Assembly (NCBI GenBank): GCA_035549255.1
Contig: DASZRD010000004.1
Coordinates: 8,667-72,666 of the forward strand
Length of the DNA stretch: 64,000 bases
From: Minisyncoccota bacterium
Lineage (GTDB): Bacteria; Patescibacteriota; Minisyncoccia; Phycocordibacterales; SBAW01
Reading direction: 5' to 3'
Shown here: one piece after another, positions 49,638-60,116 of the stretch
Layout: every line of letters starts with the position of its first letter
Numbering within the stretch: position 1 is the stretch's first letter
Position numbers and translations under genes: made by a program
Notes under the pieces: model-generated
What the model saw: only the letters and a program-made list of their open reading frames with translations
What the model was told of the DNA's origin: nothing
The model's database searches: none

Positions 49638-50201
49638 CTAGAAGATAAAGGGGACCAGCATCTTGGTGCGCTTTTTGTACGCGGGGTACGCATCGAGGAA
49701 TTCCTTGCTTAGAAGCTTCTCCTCCTGCGTCGCGCTGTAGATAAAGTAGGCGCCCGAGGCTGCGAACCATACGAGCCACACCCAGCCTGTTGCGAGCGCC
49801 GAGCCGAGCACGGCAAGCAGCACGCCGGTATAGATTGGGTGCCGTACATACGTATAGGGGCCGCTGGTCACGAGCTCGGGCGAATCTTTAACCGACATCG
49901 GCATGCCCCAGTTCTTACCAAGATAGAAGCGCGCCCAGACTGCAAAACCGATCCCCGCGACGCACAAGAGCGCGCCGACTGGCGCCCATGCGGACGCCGC
50001 GGAGACCGGGAGCGCCAGCGAGATATAGCGCGTCGCGCGCGACATGCCGAGTGCTATCACCACCACGAAGAACGCGACGATGCGGAAGATAAAGAAGCCG
50101 CGGTGGCTGCGCAGGTTGCGCTTGGCCCCCAGCGCGGCGATGATCCACACCGCAAGAAATACTGCCCAGCACGCGACGATGATCCAGCTGTAGATGGTCA
50201 T
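49638..50201 (-). CDS. isoprenylcysteine carboxylmethyltransferase family protein
   Basis: LVTSGPY.YVRHPIY, EEKLL...Y..Y. Confidence 0.92.
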   Translation of the reverse strand: MTIYSWIIVACWAVFLAVWIIAALGAKRNLRSHRGFFIFRIVAFFVVVIALGMSRATRYISLALPVSAASAWAPVGALLCVAGIGFAVWARFYLGKNWGMPMSVKDSPELVTSGPYTYVRHPIYTGVLLAVLGSALATGWVWLVWFAASGAYFIYSATQEEKLLSKEFLDAYPAYKKRTKMLVPFIF

Positions 50202-50304
50202 GAGGCTATTGTAGCAAATTGACTCGGCGCAGGTCAGTGGTATGGTGGCAGTGACTCGATCTTTGCGCGGGCCCGCGTGGCAAACAAACTCCAGGGAGGA
50301 TGCA

Positions 50305-50496
50305 ATGGATTACCTGTACGCTCAGGAGGCGCAATGGGAGCAAACGCTCAACTCCCTTTTCCCAACCCATTGGTGGGAATTCCTCGGACGCGTGGAGTTC
50401 TGGATAATCGCGTTCCCGCTGTGCGTGGCGTGGATCTACTTCAGCGCCAAGCTTGCCGGCGCGATGAGAGAATTTTTCCTTCCCCAGGACAAGTAG
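50305..50496 (+). CDS. small membrane hypothetical protein (orphan)
   Basis: GGGAGG SD, one TM, terminator 50503-50536. Confidence 0.6.
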   Translation: MDYLYAQEAQWEQTLNSLFPTHWWEFLGRVEFWIIAFPLCVAWIYFSAKLAGAMREFFLPQDK

Positions 50497-50555
50497 CACG
50501 GCGCGCCGCGACCTCTAAGGTCGCGGCGCTTTCTTTACCTTTGTGCATCCTTATT

Positions 50556-51305
50556 TTATGCAAGCGCTTCGGGATGCTTGCTGCTCCACTGGAAGAGCGC
50601 CACCGCAGCGGCGGCTGCAACATTGAGCGACTCAGCGCGCGAGTGCATGGGGACCTTAAGGACCGCGTCGCACAAGACGCGCAGGCTGCGCGGAATGCCC
50701 TCGCCCTCATTGCCCATCACGATAACCGTGGGCGAACTGAACGATTCCTCAACGATACTTTTCTTCCCCTCGCCTGCGAGCGCGTAGACTTTAAACCCGC
50801 GCTTCTTGAGGTCGTAGACCGCCTTCTCCGCATCGTCGATCGAGACGAGCGGGATGCGGAAGGCCATCCCTGCTGAGACTTTGATAACCGCGCTCGTGAT
50901 GGGCGACTGATTCTTTTGCGGCATGAGGACCCCGCTCGCGCCAAAGCCCGCGGCCGAGCGGATGATGGCGCCGGTGTTGTGCGGGTCTTGGATGCCCGCG
51001 AGCACGACAAGACAGCTCGCCGGAGTGATCTCGAGCCCGCGCACGAAGTCTTCGTACTTTTTCGTGAGGGTAAAGACCGAGAGCTGCGCGATGACGTTCT
51101 GATGCGCGCTCCCTGCCTTGAGGTCCGCCCGAGCGACGCCCGCCGCAAGCGGCTCAAGCGCGACGCCCGAGCCGCTTACCAAGGAGCGCATACCGGGGTC
51201 AAGCTCCCGCGTGTCGGCATACACTTTAAGCACCGACTCGCGCGCGTGGAGGAGCGCTTCGGCGACCGCATGCCTACCGTAGATATAAACCTTGGGTTGC
51301 TTCAC
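50556..51305 (-). CDS. TrmH/RlmB-family SPOUT RNA methyltransferase
   Basis: IYGRHAV.EAL, QDPHN.GAIIRSA, GNEGEGI, ESLNVA. Confidence 0.93.
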   Translation of the reverse strand: MKQPKVYIYGRHAVAEALLHARESVLKVYADTRELDPGMRSLVSGSGVALEPLAAGVARADLKAGSAHQNVIAQLSVFTLTKKYEDFVRGLEITPASCLVVLAGIQDPHNTGAIIRSAAGFGASGVLMPQKNQSPITSAVIKVSAGMAFRIPLVSIDDAEKAVYDLKKRGFKVYALAGEGKKSIVEESFSSPTVIVMGNEGEGIPRSLRVLCDAVLKVPMHSRAESLNVAAAAAVALFQWSSKHPEALA

Positions 51306-51387
51306 CCCTTAAGCGTACACTAGCTTTGTGGTACAGTGCAAAAAGACTTTGGTACTTCATCTCAGAAGCCGTTAGAGGAGGAATGCC

Positions 51388-51903
51388 TTGACTGCTCATA
51401 CGCTTGCCCATGGCATCTACCACGCCAAATCGCTCAAACATCGCTGGCCCGCCCACAACACTGATTGGGAGGGTAAACCGTTCTTGATCTGCGACACTAT
51501 GCCGCTCGCCATGCCGGTCGCCGACATCGTCTTGTTCATCAAGACAAACGCCGACATGATTGGCGCAAGCCGGGAGCGGGCCAAAGGCGGGGTGCGCGAG
51601 CACATGGTCAAATTCGCCACGCTCAAGTACGAACCGGAGTTCTACAGCGAGAAGGGTCTCGAATACCGCGTACGCCAGATGCTCCTCAAGCAATGCGAGG
51701 GTCAGCGCGTACGCCTGAATGTCCTGCGCAGCAAGAAATCTTCCTGGGAAGCGGTCGGCATCATGCAAGGGTTCGAATCGCCGACTAAGATATCGCTTGC
51801 CAAGTGCACGCTTGCCAAGCCGGCCACCGACCGCGTGCTTCTCAAGGACAAGAATATCGTCCTCAAGATCAACAAGGTCATCGGCATCGCGCTCGCCGCA
51901 TAA
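51388..51903 (+). CDS. hypothetical protein with possible C-terminal Sm/LSm-like domain
   Basis: GAGGAGG SD, TTG start, host-like codon use; terminator ~51922-51950. Confidence 0.7.
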   Translation: MTAHTLAHGIYHAKSLKHRWPAHNTDWEGKPFLICDTMPLAMPVADIVLFIKTNADMIGASRERAKGGVREHMVKFATLKYEPEFYSEKGLEYRVRQMLLKQCEGQRVRLNVLRSKKSSWEAVGIMQGFESPTKISLAKCTLAKPATDRVLLKDKNIVLKINKVIGIALAA

Positions 51904-51973
51904 TCGCGGCGGAATAATGCAAAGGGCCGCTCACAAGAGCGGCCCTTTTTCTATATCTTTATCTTTAATTTTA

Positions 51974-52897
51974 TTATCTCCCCAAGACCAGCGTGCGGCG
52001 GATCGCATCGAAGGTATTGACGAGCGACGTGCGATCGAACTCAGTCACCGCACCGGCCGGATAATTCTCTATGACGCCATAGTGGATCATGTAGCGTATC
52101 GCCGTGCAAGGGTTGGTGCCGGGGATCGCGAAGACCGCCTCGTCATACCGGTTGCCGGCGGCGGCGTCGGTGGTCGTGGCGACTGAATAGTCGACGCCAT
52201 TATCGCTGAACGTGGTTACCTTGCCCCCGTTGCCCATGTCGAGGAAGAGGTCTGCAGTGCACGAGGCGGTCGCCTTGGGGAGCCATTCGACGCTGGCATA
52301 CGTATCGCTTGCGAGGTTGGTCCCGGTCGCGACCGAAGCCGGGATCGTGATCTTAACGCCCGGGATGCTCTTGCCGGGGCCGAGCGCCTGATAGCTGTAA
52401 TTGGGGTCAAGCGTGTAGCCTTGCGGGAAGCGGATCGAGAAGCCCGCGGTCGAGGTAGCATAAATCTGGCTGAGGACGCCGGTAGGATCGGGCGCTACGA
52501 TTATGCAGCCCGTATAGGTCTGCGTCTGATCCGCGCCTTCCTGTACGAAAGCGGTATTGCCCTTGCCCCAGAAGATGAACGACTCGTCGGCATTGGCATA
52601 GCGCACGCCGGAGGCAGAGATCGTCTGCGGTATGGTCATGCTGCGGCCATCGCTGAGCGTAAGCGCCACGCTGCCGCCAGGCGTAGGCGGCTGGTTGGGG
52701 TCATTCGAAGGCGTCGAGGAACCTTCGTAGAAGGAGGCGCTGATTGACTTGCCCGCATCGCATGCGAAGGAAGCGGTAGCGATGGGCTGCTGGTTCTGCT
52801 GCCCCGCCGGCGCGGCGTTCTGGCCGATATACCACCAGCCCAGGCCCAGGAGCGCAAGCAGTACGACAATGACAATAATAGCGGTTGATGTTTTCAT
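51974..52897 (-). CDS. membrane-anchored MliC-domain protein
   Basis: C..GK.I, ISASGVRYA, FWGKGN.AF. Confidence 0.85.
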   Translation of the reverse strand: MKTSTAIIVIVVLLALLGLGWWYIGQNAAPAGQQNQQPIATASFACDAGKSISASFYEGSSTPSNDPNQPPTPGGSVALTLSDGRSMTIPQTISASGVRYANADESFIFWGKGNTAFVQEGADQTQTYTGCIIVAPDPTGVLSQIYATSTAGFSIRFPQGYTLDPNYSYQALGPGKSIPGVKITIPASVATGTNLASDTYASVEWLPKATASCTADLFLDMGNGGKVTTFSDNGVDYSVATTTDAAAGNRYDEAVFAIPGTNPCTAIRYMIHYGVIENYPAGAVTEFDRTSLVNTFDAIRRTLVLGR

Positions 52898-52981
52898 GTG
52901 ACTAAGAAATTATATTGGTATCTGACGCCCGGTAAGCATGAACCTTACATCCTGAAGCATACATGAGCGCCGCGAAGCAGG

Positions 52982-54142
52982 CTAGTCGAGCACGCCCCAG
53001 ATGCGCTGATCTTCCCCACCGTCGAGCTTGAAGATGGCAACGCCGCGCAGGCCCAATTGCTTCGCGAGCGCGATCTTCTGCGCCACGGAGACGGCGTCGT
53101 CCCACCAGAGGAGATTGAAAGTCTGCGCCGAGGCCGCGGCGGGGCCGAGCGCCGTCGCCGCTGTAGGCACGCCGGCCACTGCAGGCGTGGAGCTTGGGAT
53201 ATAGCTGAACGAGAGCTCGCCGGCGGTATTGCGCATCGGCGTGATGCCGTAGGATGCGGCGAGCTCTAGCGCATAGTTGGGGTCGAAGGACCAGAGCGTG
53301 TCGTAGCTGAAGCCCTGCTGGGAGAGCGGCGTCACCTGATACTCGTAGCCGTAGGTCGGGATGCCGAGGATGATCTTCTTCTTGGAGATCGACTGCTCGG
53401 CAACCTGGACCACCTTGGTGACCCACGCCGGGTCGGCGACTGGCGCATAGGGCGCGTTATTGGCGGCGGCGTTGAGCTTCACGTCTATGGTGCCTTGGTC
53501 GTACGCCATGATCTGCACGCGGTCGCAGTAGTTGTTGATCTGGGCGAAGTCGTTGGCATAGATCGTCGCATCGGCGGGCGGCGTACCGGTATAGCGCGAG
53601 GAGAGCGGCGTACGGGACTCGATCGTACAATAGACCCACTTTTGCCCCATGCGCTGGTAGAGGCCCTTGAGGAAGGTCGAGAAGTAATCCTTGGTTGCAG
53701 CGGTCTTGTTTTCGAAGTCGATGTCGATGCCGTCAAAGCCCTCGCGCATGACGAGCGCGGCGATCTGGTCTTCGAGCGCGATGCGCGTCGTGGAATTTGA
53801 AAGCGTATTGTAGATCTGAGCCCCGTCGCTCCACATGATGGTGGGTATGACCCGCACGTGGTCGGCTTTCGCCTGCGCGATGAGGCCTTTCCACGGATCG
53901 TCGGCGATGCCCATGGCATCGTAGAGCACGCCGTCGCTCGACACCGTATAGCCGAAGGGGTAGATCGCGGTGAAATCGTCGATGTGCGGCAGCACGTCGG
54001 CCACGCCCTGATCCTCGCGCCAGTACGGGATCCATCCGCCCACCTCGAGCGAAGATTTCAGCTGCGCCGCGTGCGCGAAGGAAGGCGTGAGCGAGACAAG
54101 CCCCAATGCGAACAGTATTCCAAAGAAAAATCGCCGCTGCAT
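52982..54142 (-). CDS. secreted glycoside hydrolase family 18
   Basis: FDGIDIDFE (DxDxE), IMAYD, LGIPTYGY, GLRGVAIF. Confidence 0.92.
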   Translation of the reverse strand: MQRRFFFGILFALGLVSLTPSFAHAAQLKSSLEVGGWIPYWREDQGVADVLPHIDDFTAIYPFGYTVSSDGVLYDAMGIADDPWKGLIAQAKADHVRVIPTIMWSDGAQIYNTLSNSTTRIALEDQIAALVMREGFDGIDIDFENKTAATKDYFSTFLKGLYQRMGQKWVYCTIESRTPLSSRYTGTPPADATIYANDFAQINNYCDRVQIMAYDQGTIDVKLNAAANNAPYAPVADPAWVTKVVQVAEQSISKKKIILGIPTYGYEYQVTPLSQQGFSYDTLWSFDPNYALELAASYGITPMRNTAGELSFSYIPSSTPAVAGVPTAATALGPAAASAQTFNLLWWDDAVSVAQKIALAKQLGLRGVAIFKLDGGEDQRIWGVLD

Positions 54143-54181
54143 AATTTCAGTATACCCGATGACGAACGCATGTGCGCGCTC

Positions 54182-54655
54182 TTACGGCTGGGTCGTGGTC
54201 GATTGCACGACCGGCGTGAAGTCCTGCCCGCGACCGCCGGCCGTCGTGATCGCGCCCTTCTTGAGGACGAGCTTGTCGTCAGCGTCGCGGAAGACCGCTA
54301 TCTCGGTGCCGCCCGCGTCGGTGCGGCAGATGACGCCCGAGAGCTCGCCGGACATGAGCGTCGCATTTGCGCCGTCGATGATGCTGCACGTGCCCGCGTA
54401 CGTGCCGGTCGGAAGGTCAGCACCCGCGATCTCAAGCGTTATCGCGGTCTGCGGTCCTGGCGTATCCGGAAGCGGCGCGGCTGGCACCAAGTGCCAGACA
54501 AACTGCTCGCGCAAAGTGTCATCGACCAGGGAGCCCTCGTGGAAGGTGTAGTACACGAACCAGCCCCCGAGCCCTACGATGATAAGAAGGGCTACGATGA
54601 CCGAAAGCCCGTATGTTTTGCGCACATCTGACGAAGAGTCGTTTTGGGACGGCAT
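54182..54655 (-). CDS. membrane-anchored hypothetical protein
   Basis: One TM, Cys pair, AGGTEI motif. Confidence 0.7.
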   Translation of the reverse strand: MPSQNDSSSDVRKTYGLSVIVALLIIVGLGGWFVYYTFHEGSLVDDTLREQFVWHLVPAAPLPDTPGPQTAITLEIAGADLPTGTYAGTCSIIDGANATLMSGELSGVICRTDAGGTEIAVFRDADDKLVLKKGAITTAGGRGQDFTPVVQSTTTQP

Positions 54656-54702
54656 GATGAAAGGAGAATAGCGTAAGTAATCTGTACCGAAGATGAAGCG
54701 GC

Positions 54703-56478
54703 TTACGAGTGACCCTGGCGCTTGCCACTCGGCTTCTTGCGCAGGCGCACGCTTGCGGGCGTAACCTCAAGATACTCATCCTCGGCCATGACTTCAAGCC
54801 CGCGCTCGATCGTGAGCGTGTAGGGTGGCACGAGCATGATCGCCTCGTCGGAGCCGGAGGCGCGCATGTTGGTGAGCTGCTTGCCCTTGGTGGGGTTGAC
54901 CTCCATCTCCTCGCCCTTGGAGGTGTTGCCGATAACCTGGCCCTCGTAGACCTCGGTCGCGGGGGTGATATAGAGCACGCCGCGGTCCTGGAGGTTCCAG
55001 AGGCTGAAGCCCAGCGCCTTGCCCGCGGCCATGGATATCATCGATCCTTGAGCGCGCTTGACGATCTCGCCCGCATACGCCCTGAACTCGGCGAAGCGGC
55101 TCGAGAGGATCCCCTCGCCCTTGGTGTCGAGGACGAATTGCGAGCGGTAGCCGAGGAGTCCGCGCGTCGGGCCCTCGAAGGTCATGCGCACGGTCTCGCT
55201 GTGCTGACGCATATCTTTAAGGATGCATTTGCGCAGGCCCAGCTTCTCGATGATTGCACCCTGGAATTGCGACGGCGTATCGATGACGATCTCCTCGAAC
55301 GGCTCGAATACTTTGCCGTCCCGCTCTTCGAGGATCACGTGCGGCTGCGAGACTTGGACCTCATAGCCCTCGCGGCGCATGTTCTCAAGCAATATGGAGA
55401 TGTGGAGCTCGCCGCGGCCGGATACATGGAAGGTCTCGCTCGAGTCGAAGTCGACCCTGAGGCCGACATTGACCTCGAGCTCGCGCTCGAGGCGCTCGCG
55501 AATCTGGCGCGAGGTGACGAACTTCCCTTCGCGGCCGGCGAAGGGCGAGGAGTTCACGAGAAAGTCGAGCGTGATCGTGGGCTCATCGATCGCGATTGCA
55601 GGAAGTGGAGCGGCATCCTTGTCGCTCGTTACGGTCTCGCCGATAAAGATATCGGGCAACCCGGCCACAAGCACGATATCGCCCGCCTCGGCGCTCGCAG
55701 TCTCTACTTTCTGGAGGCCCTTAAAGGTATAGAGCTTGGTGATCTTTCCCGCACGCGTTTCGCCGTCGGGCTTTTTTATGAACACGCCATCGTTGACTGA
55801 AGCCTTGCCCTGATAGATGCGCGCGAAGGCGAGGCGGCCGAGGAAATTATCGTAGCCCAAGTTAAACGGCTGCATCATAAGAGCGCCCTCCTCCATGCCG
55901 GGCGCGTTGGCTGCCGGAACTTTTTCAAGAATCGTATCGAGGAGCGGCGTCAAATCCTTCGACTCGTCCGTAAGCTTTATCTTGGCAACACCTTCGCGGC
56001 CGATCGCATAGACGACTGGGAAATTGCTCTGCTCATCGCTGGCGCCGAGTTCGAGAAAGAGCTCGAGCACCGATTCTTCCGCCTGGGCGGGGTTGGCGGC
56101 GGGCTTGTCGATCTTGTTGATGACAACGATGGGCTTGAGGCCGAGCTCGAGGGACTTCTTGAGCACGAAGCGCGTCTGCGGCATCGGGCCCTCCTGCGCG
56201 TCGACGACGAGGAGCACCGAGTCGATCGAGCGCAGCACGCGCTCGACCTCGCTGCCGAAGTCGGCATGGCCCGGCGTATCGACGATGTTGATCTTGGTCC
56301 CCTTGTACGGGATCGACGCGTTCTTGGCATAGATGGTAATGCCGCGCTCGCGTTCGAGCGTGTTGCTATCCATAGACACCCCTTCCTCCCCCACGCCGCA
56401 TTGCTTGAGCATGGCGTCGGTGAGCGTCGTCTTGCCGTGGTCGACGTGCGCGATAATTGCGATATTGCGTATCTCCAT
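54703..56478 (-). CDS. typA: translational GTPase TypA/BipA
   Basis: [40 protein letters not shown]. Confidence 0.97.
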   Translation of the reverse strand: MEIRNIAIIAHVDHGKTTLTDAMLKQCGVGEEGVSMDSNTLERERGITIYAKNASIPYKGTKINIVDTPGHADFGSEVERVLRSIDSVLLVVDAQEGPMPQTRFVLKKSLELGLKPIVVINKIDKPAANPAQAEESVLELFLELGASDEQSNFPVVYAIGREGVAKIKLTDESKDLTPLLDTILEKVPAANAPGMEEGALMMQPFNLGYDNFLGRLAFARIYQGKASVNDGVFIKKPDGETRAGKITKLYTFKGLQKVETASAEAGDIVLVAGLPDIFIGETVTSDKDAAPLPAIAIDEPTITLDFLVNSSPFAGREGKFVTSRQIRERLERELEVNVGLRVDFDSSETFHVSGRGELHISILLENMRREGYEVQVSQPHVILEERDGKVFEPFEEIVIDTPSQFQGAIIEKLGLRKCILKDMRQHSETVRMTFEGPTRGLLGYRSQFVLDTKGEGILSSRFAEFRAYAGEIVKRAQGSMISMAAGKALGFSLWNLQDRGVLYITPATEVYEGQVIGNTSKGEEMEVNPTKGKQLTNMRASGSDEAIMLVPPYTLTIERGLEVMAEDEYLEVTPASVRLRKKPSGKRQGHS

Positions 56479-56592
56479 TGAATTAAAAAGGCCGGGCGGC
56501 TCCCGGACACACATACAGAATACCCCAAAAACCTTTAGAGCACAACGGCCACCCTTGTGGGGTGGCCGCTCATGCCCGAGCGTCAAGCTCTG

Positions 56593-56703
56593 CTAAGAAT
56601 TGGAAGAATTGTCAGAACCAGGCATGTCGGAGGTAGTGTTGCGGTTGTCGCCTTTGTTCTGCTGATGATTCTGCTGGTCGTTGCGCTTTTCGTCGTTGTT
56701 CAT
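56593..56703 (-). CDS. small hydrophilic peptide, 36 aa (not in ORF track)
   Basis: MNNDEKRNDQQNHQQNKGDNRNTTSDMPGSDNSSNS; downstream hairpin CGGCCACCC/GGGTGGCCG. Confidence 0.5.
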   Translation of the reverse strand: MNNDEKRNDQQNHQQNKGDNRNTTSDMPGSDNSSNS

Positions 56704-56829
56704 AATTTTTACTGCTTATGCAAGCACCGATAATATTGCCCATCGACCTCGGCCTAGCATACGAAACCCTCGCTGAAGCGCGGGTTAAGGAGCCGCGCCT
56801 TGCCGCCACAAGGCCGAAATCAGGCGCGC

Positions 56830-56955
56830 CTAGCGGGCGCCGACGCGGCGCATCTCTTCCTCGTCGATATATTCGGCTTCGCTGATGCGCGTGCCCACGC
56901 CGACGATAAAGACGGCTAGGAGTATGAGTGATAACAGGATAATGACGATGCTCAT
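56830..56955 (-). CDS. small bitopic membrane peptide, 41 aa (not in ORF track)
   Basis: MSIVIILLSLILLAVFIVGVGTRISEAEYIDEEEMRRVGAR; TAGAAT 6 nt upstream. Confidence 0.6.
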   Translation of the reverse strand: MSIVIILLSLILLAVFIVGVGTRISEAEYIDEEEMRRVGAR

Positions 56956-57002
56956 GCATCAATTCTATGCCTGCAGCGCTAAAGTCTCGATGAAGCGGCA
57001 GA

Positions 57003-58751
57003 TCAGCCGAAGGTGAAGGTGTACGCGTCGAGCGTGCCCGAGACGACCTCGATTTCGATCGTATGAATGCCGGGCGAGACGTCGTGCGCGAGCTTGTAGA
57101 GCCGGTCGCTGTCGATAGTTGCCGTGCCGCTCGCAGGGTCGACGTCGCTCCCCGCAAGGGCGCCCACGGGCTTGCCATCGAGCAGCACCCTGACAACCGC
57201 CGGCGCGCCGCCCGCGGGCGCCGCTACCATATATATGTCATGCGCGCTGTACTGGTAGAGTATGTCCGCCCCCGCGCCCCCTTCCGCATACTCCGGAGCA
57301 ACCGTCCACGCACCGCCGAGGTAAAGCGTGTTGGGCGCGGGGGCGGATTGCGGCAAGGTAAAGGCCTGCGCGCCCGCAACGCCTTGCTGGCCGTTGCCGA
57401 GATACTCATTGCGATTGGAGCCGAAGTACGTCTCCGGGCTCTGTATCGCGGAGAAATCCGTCGGCGCGATAGTGACAGTCGACGTGGCAACCGCACTGCC
57501 GCCCAGGCGCGCCGCGCGCTCGGCAAGCGCGGCCTGTATCGCCGCCTCGGTCTCTGCGTACTCCCCTTCGCCCGCGTGCTCATGCACGACATAGCCGTCG
57601 ATGTCGATCAAATATTCATTCGGCCAGTACTCGTTCTGATACGCGTTCCATGTCTTGTATTCGTTGTCGAGCACGACCGGGTACTTGATGCCCGCCGCAT
57701 TCACCGCCGCCTGCACATTGGCAAGTTCGTGCTCGAAGGAGAACTCCGGCGTGTGCACGCCGATGATGACAAGTCCCTGGCCCTTGTATTTCTCATACCA
57801 CGCATTGAGATACGGCGTCGTGCGCTCGCAATTGATGCAGCTATAGTCCCAGAAGTCGATCAGCACCACGTCCTTGCCGATGTATTGTGCGAGATCGATC
57901 GGCTGGCCGTCGGTGTTGATATAGCCGTCGATGCCAGCGAGCTCCGGGGCCTTCTGGTACGCGAGCGCCTTCGCCATAGGCGAGAGAAATGCGCCCGCGG
58001 GCGTCGAGGTCGCCGCGGAGTTATCATTGCCGCCGCCGAGCAGCATCTGCTCGATCTGCGTTTCGCCGAAGGCCGCCGCCGGAAGCGCCGCCTCGAGCTT
58101 CTTGTCGAGGCCCAGGATAACCGCAAGCCCGATGAGCACAAAAAGCATGCCGATCAATTTCTTAAACCATCCGTTCGCATCCGACGCGAGGCCGAGCCAG
58201 GTGGCCGCGCGCTGGCCGAGATACGCGATTATGAATAGCGAGAGCCCGAGGCCGATGACATACGCCGCGAGGTACAGCACCCCGGCTGTGAAGTTGGCGG
58301 GCAAAACTGCCGCAAGTATGACGAAATACGTCGGGCTGCACGAGGAGAATACAGGCCCGAGCGCGGCGCCCATGATGATGTCGCCCCAAAGGCTGTGCTT
58401 GCGATAGCCGCTGCCAAGCAGCTTGTTGGAGCTTTGATAGAGCGCCTGGGTGCCGGGGATCATGTCCCAGAGCGACGGAAATAAAGTGACAAGGCCGAAG
58501 AGGATGAGCAGGATGCCCGAGAGAAGCTGCCAGAAGATCGCAGGGATTGAGACAAACACCGTGCTGACTTTGAGGATCAACGTAAAGGCGAAGACGGACG
58601 CCGCAAGCGCCGTAACGATGACGACGGCACGGCGCGCGTTCGCCTCTCCTGCAACCGAGCCGCCGATAATGACCGGCAATAAGGGCAGGATGCAGGGCGC
58701 CAGCACCGTGAGCGCGCCCGCGAGGAGGGACACCAGCAAGAGCTCCGACAT
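57003..58751 (-). CDS. dipZ: DipZ (CcdA/DsbD membrane domain + thioredoxin)
   Basis: PCILP and GPVFSSCSP membrane cysteines; DFW.YSCINC, GVHTPEF. Confidence 0.9.
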   Translation of the reverse strand: MSELLLVSLLAGALTVLAPCILPLLPVIIGGSVAGEANARRAVVIVTALAASVFAFTLILKVSTVFVSIPAIFWQLLSGILLILFGLVTLFPSLWDMIPGTQALYQSSNKLLGSGYRKHSLWGDIIMGAALGPVFSSCSPTYFVILAAVLPANFTAGVLYLAAYVIGLGLSLFIIAYLGQRAATWLGLASDANGWFKKLIGMLFVLIGLAVILGLDKKLEAALPAAAFGETQIEQMLLGGGNDNSAATSTPAGAFLSPMAKALAYQKAPELAGIDGYINTDGQPIDLAQYIGKDVVLIDFWDYSCINCERTTPYLNAWYEKYKGQGLVIIGVHTPEFSFEHELANVQAAVNAAGIKYPVVLDNEYKTWNAYQNEYWPNEYLIDIDGYVVHEHAGEGEYAETEAAIQAALAERAARLGGSAVATSTVTIAPTDFSAIQSPETYFGSNRNEYLGNGQQGVAGAQAFTLPQSAPAPNTLYLGGAWTVAPEYAEGGAGADILYQYSAHDIYMVAAPAGGAPAVVRVLLDGKPVGALAGSDVDPASGTATIDSDRLYKLAHDVSPGIHTIEIEVVSGTLDAYTFTFG

Positions 58752-58835
58752 GGCTCTATAGTACCAGGAGTACCAGACGGACCGGGCACGCTACCCTCTT
58801 CTACTCCGTCTGCCGAAGATGTAGTATGGAAACAT

Positions 58836-59177
58836 ATGATCAAGATCAAGCGCGCCTACGATAAGGCGGAGGCATCGGATGGGCGTCGGGTGCTGGTGGA
58901 CCGCCTGTGGCCCCGCGGCGTCTCGAAAGCGGAAGCACAGCTCGATGCATGGGAGAAAGACATCGCCCCCACGACCGCCCTGCGGAAATGGTTCGGCCAC
59001 GACCCAAAGCACTGGGTCGAATTTAAGAAGCGCTACAAGGCCGAGCTGCGCGGCCACAAGCAGAAGCTCGTTGCCCTCAAAAAGAGTGCGAGACGCCTGA
59101 CTCTCGTGTATGGCGCCAAAGACCCGCTCCACAATCATGCGCTGGTGCTTAAAGAAGCGCTTGAGCGGATCGCGTAG
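58836..59177 (+). CDS. DUF488 (YeaO-like) protein
   Basis: IKRAY, LVDRLWPRG, LRKWFGH. Confidence 0.95.
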   Translation: MIKIKRAYDKAEASDGRRVLVDRLWPRGVSKAEAQLDAWEKDIAPTTALRKWFGHDPKHWVEFKKRYKAELRGHKQKLVALKKSARRLTLVYGAKDPLHNHALVLKEALERIA

Positions 59178-59645
59178 CTAGCGCTCCGGCTCGTGTGGGC
59201 AATTCTCCCCGCCCCAGCACAGCATGCCCGCGCACTGACGGCACTCCATCGGGTAGAGCGCGAAGCGGCCCGACGCCATAAGCGCGATCGCGAAGGAATT
59301 GAGCGCGAGGACCGCCTCGAGTTCATGCGGGCTCCAGCCGCGGCCGAAGCCGGTCAAGAATATCGCGAAGACCATTTCGATGCCGAGCGCGACCGCAATG
59401 GGGCGCGTAAAGATGCCGAGTATGAGCATGAGGCCGCCAATGACCTCAAGCCAGGAGATGAACGGCCCGAAGAACCATGGCCAGAAGACGCCGAGATGGA
59501 GCATCATGCCGCTTACCATCGCGGTATTGTGGATCTTCATCCAGCCATGCGCGACGAAGACTATGCCGGTCGCTACCCGCACGAGGAGCACGCCCAATGA
59601 GCGGCGATACCAAAACCGGCTCATGCGATTGATGATGTTTTTCAT
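59178..59645 (-). CDS. DoxX family membrane protein
   Basis: RVATG.VF..HG..K, EVIGG..LILG.FTR. Confidence 0.9.
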   Translation of the reverse strand: MKNIINRMSRFWYRRSLGVLLVRVATGIVFVAHGWMKIHNTAMVSGMMLHLGVFWPWFFGPFISWLEVIGGLMLILGIFTRPIAVALGIEMVFAIFLTGFGRGWSPHELEAVLALNSFAIALMASGRFALYPMECRQCAGMLCWGGENCPHEPER

Positions 59646-59667
59646 GAACCCTATCGTACCACGAGCA

Positions 59668-60111
59668 TCAGGCGTGGTGATATTTGCCGCCCTCGAGTAT
59701 CGAAGCGGCACGGTAGAGCTGCTCCATTAGTATGAGCCGCACGAGCATATGCGGGAAGACGAGCGAGGAGAGCTTCAGGGTCATATCGGCGCGCTCGCGC
59801 ACGCTGTCGGCAACGCCGAACGCGCCGCCGATCACGAATACGAGCCGCTTGGTCCCCTCCTGCATGTGGCGGCCGATCATCGCGGAGAAAGCCGGTGTTG
59901 TACTATCTTTGCCACGCTCGTCGAGGAGCACGACCTTGTCGCTGTCTTTAATTAATTTCACTATCGCCTCGCCCTCTTTGTCTTTTGTGCCTGCGGGCGG
60001 CATCGCCCACGCGATGGAGAATTTTTTACCGAGCCGCTTTTCGTATTCGGCAATACCGTCGGCAACCGTGTCATCGTGCGCCTTACCGGGAGAAATAATG
60101 AGGATCTGCAT
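59668..60111 (-). CDS. rlmH: 23S rRNA pseudouridine1915 N3-methyltransferase RlmH
   Basis: LDERGK, FVIGGAFG, FPHMLVRLILMEQLYRA, YHH. Confidence 0.96.
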   Translation of the reverse strand: MQILIISPGKAHDDTVADGIAEYEKRLGKKFSIAWAMPPAGTKDKEGEAIVKLIKDSDKVVLLDERGKDSTTPAFSAMIGRHMQEGTKRLVFVIGGAFGVADSVRERADMTLKLSSLVFPHMLVRLILMEQLYRAASILEGGKYHHA

Positions 60112-60116
60112 ACGGG

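Noticed and set aside
54709-58238. Long antisense ORFs (e.g. 54709-55800, 57063-58238; likewise 60779-62068 and 41064-42137)
   Set aside because: Shadow frames of GC3-rich genes with no recognisable motifs
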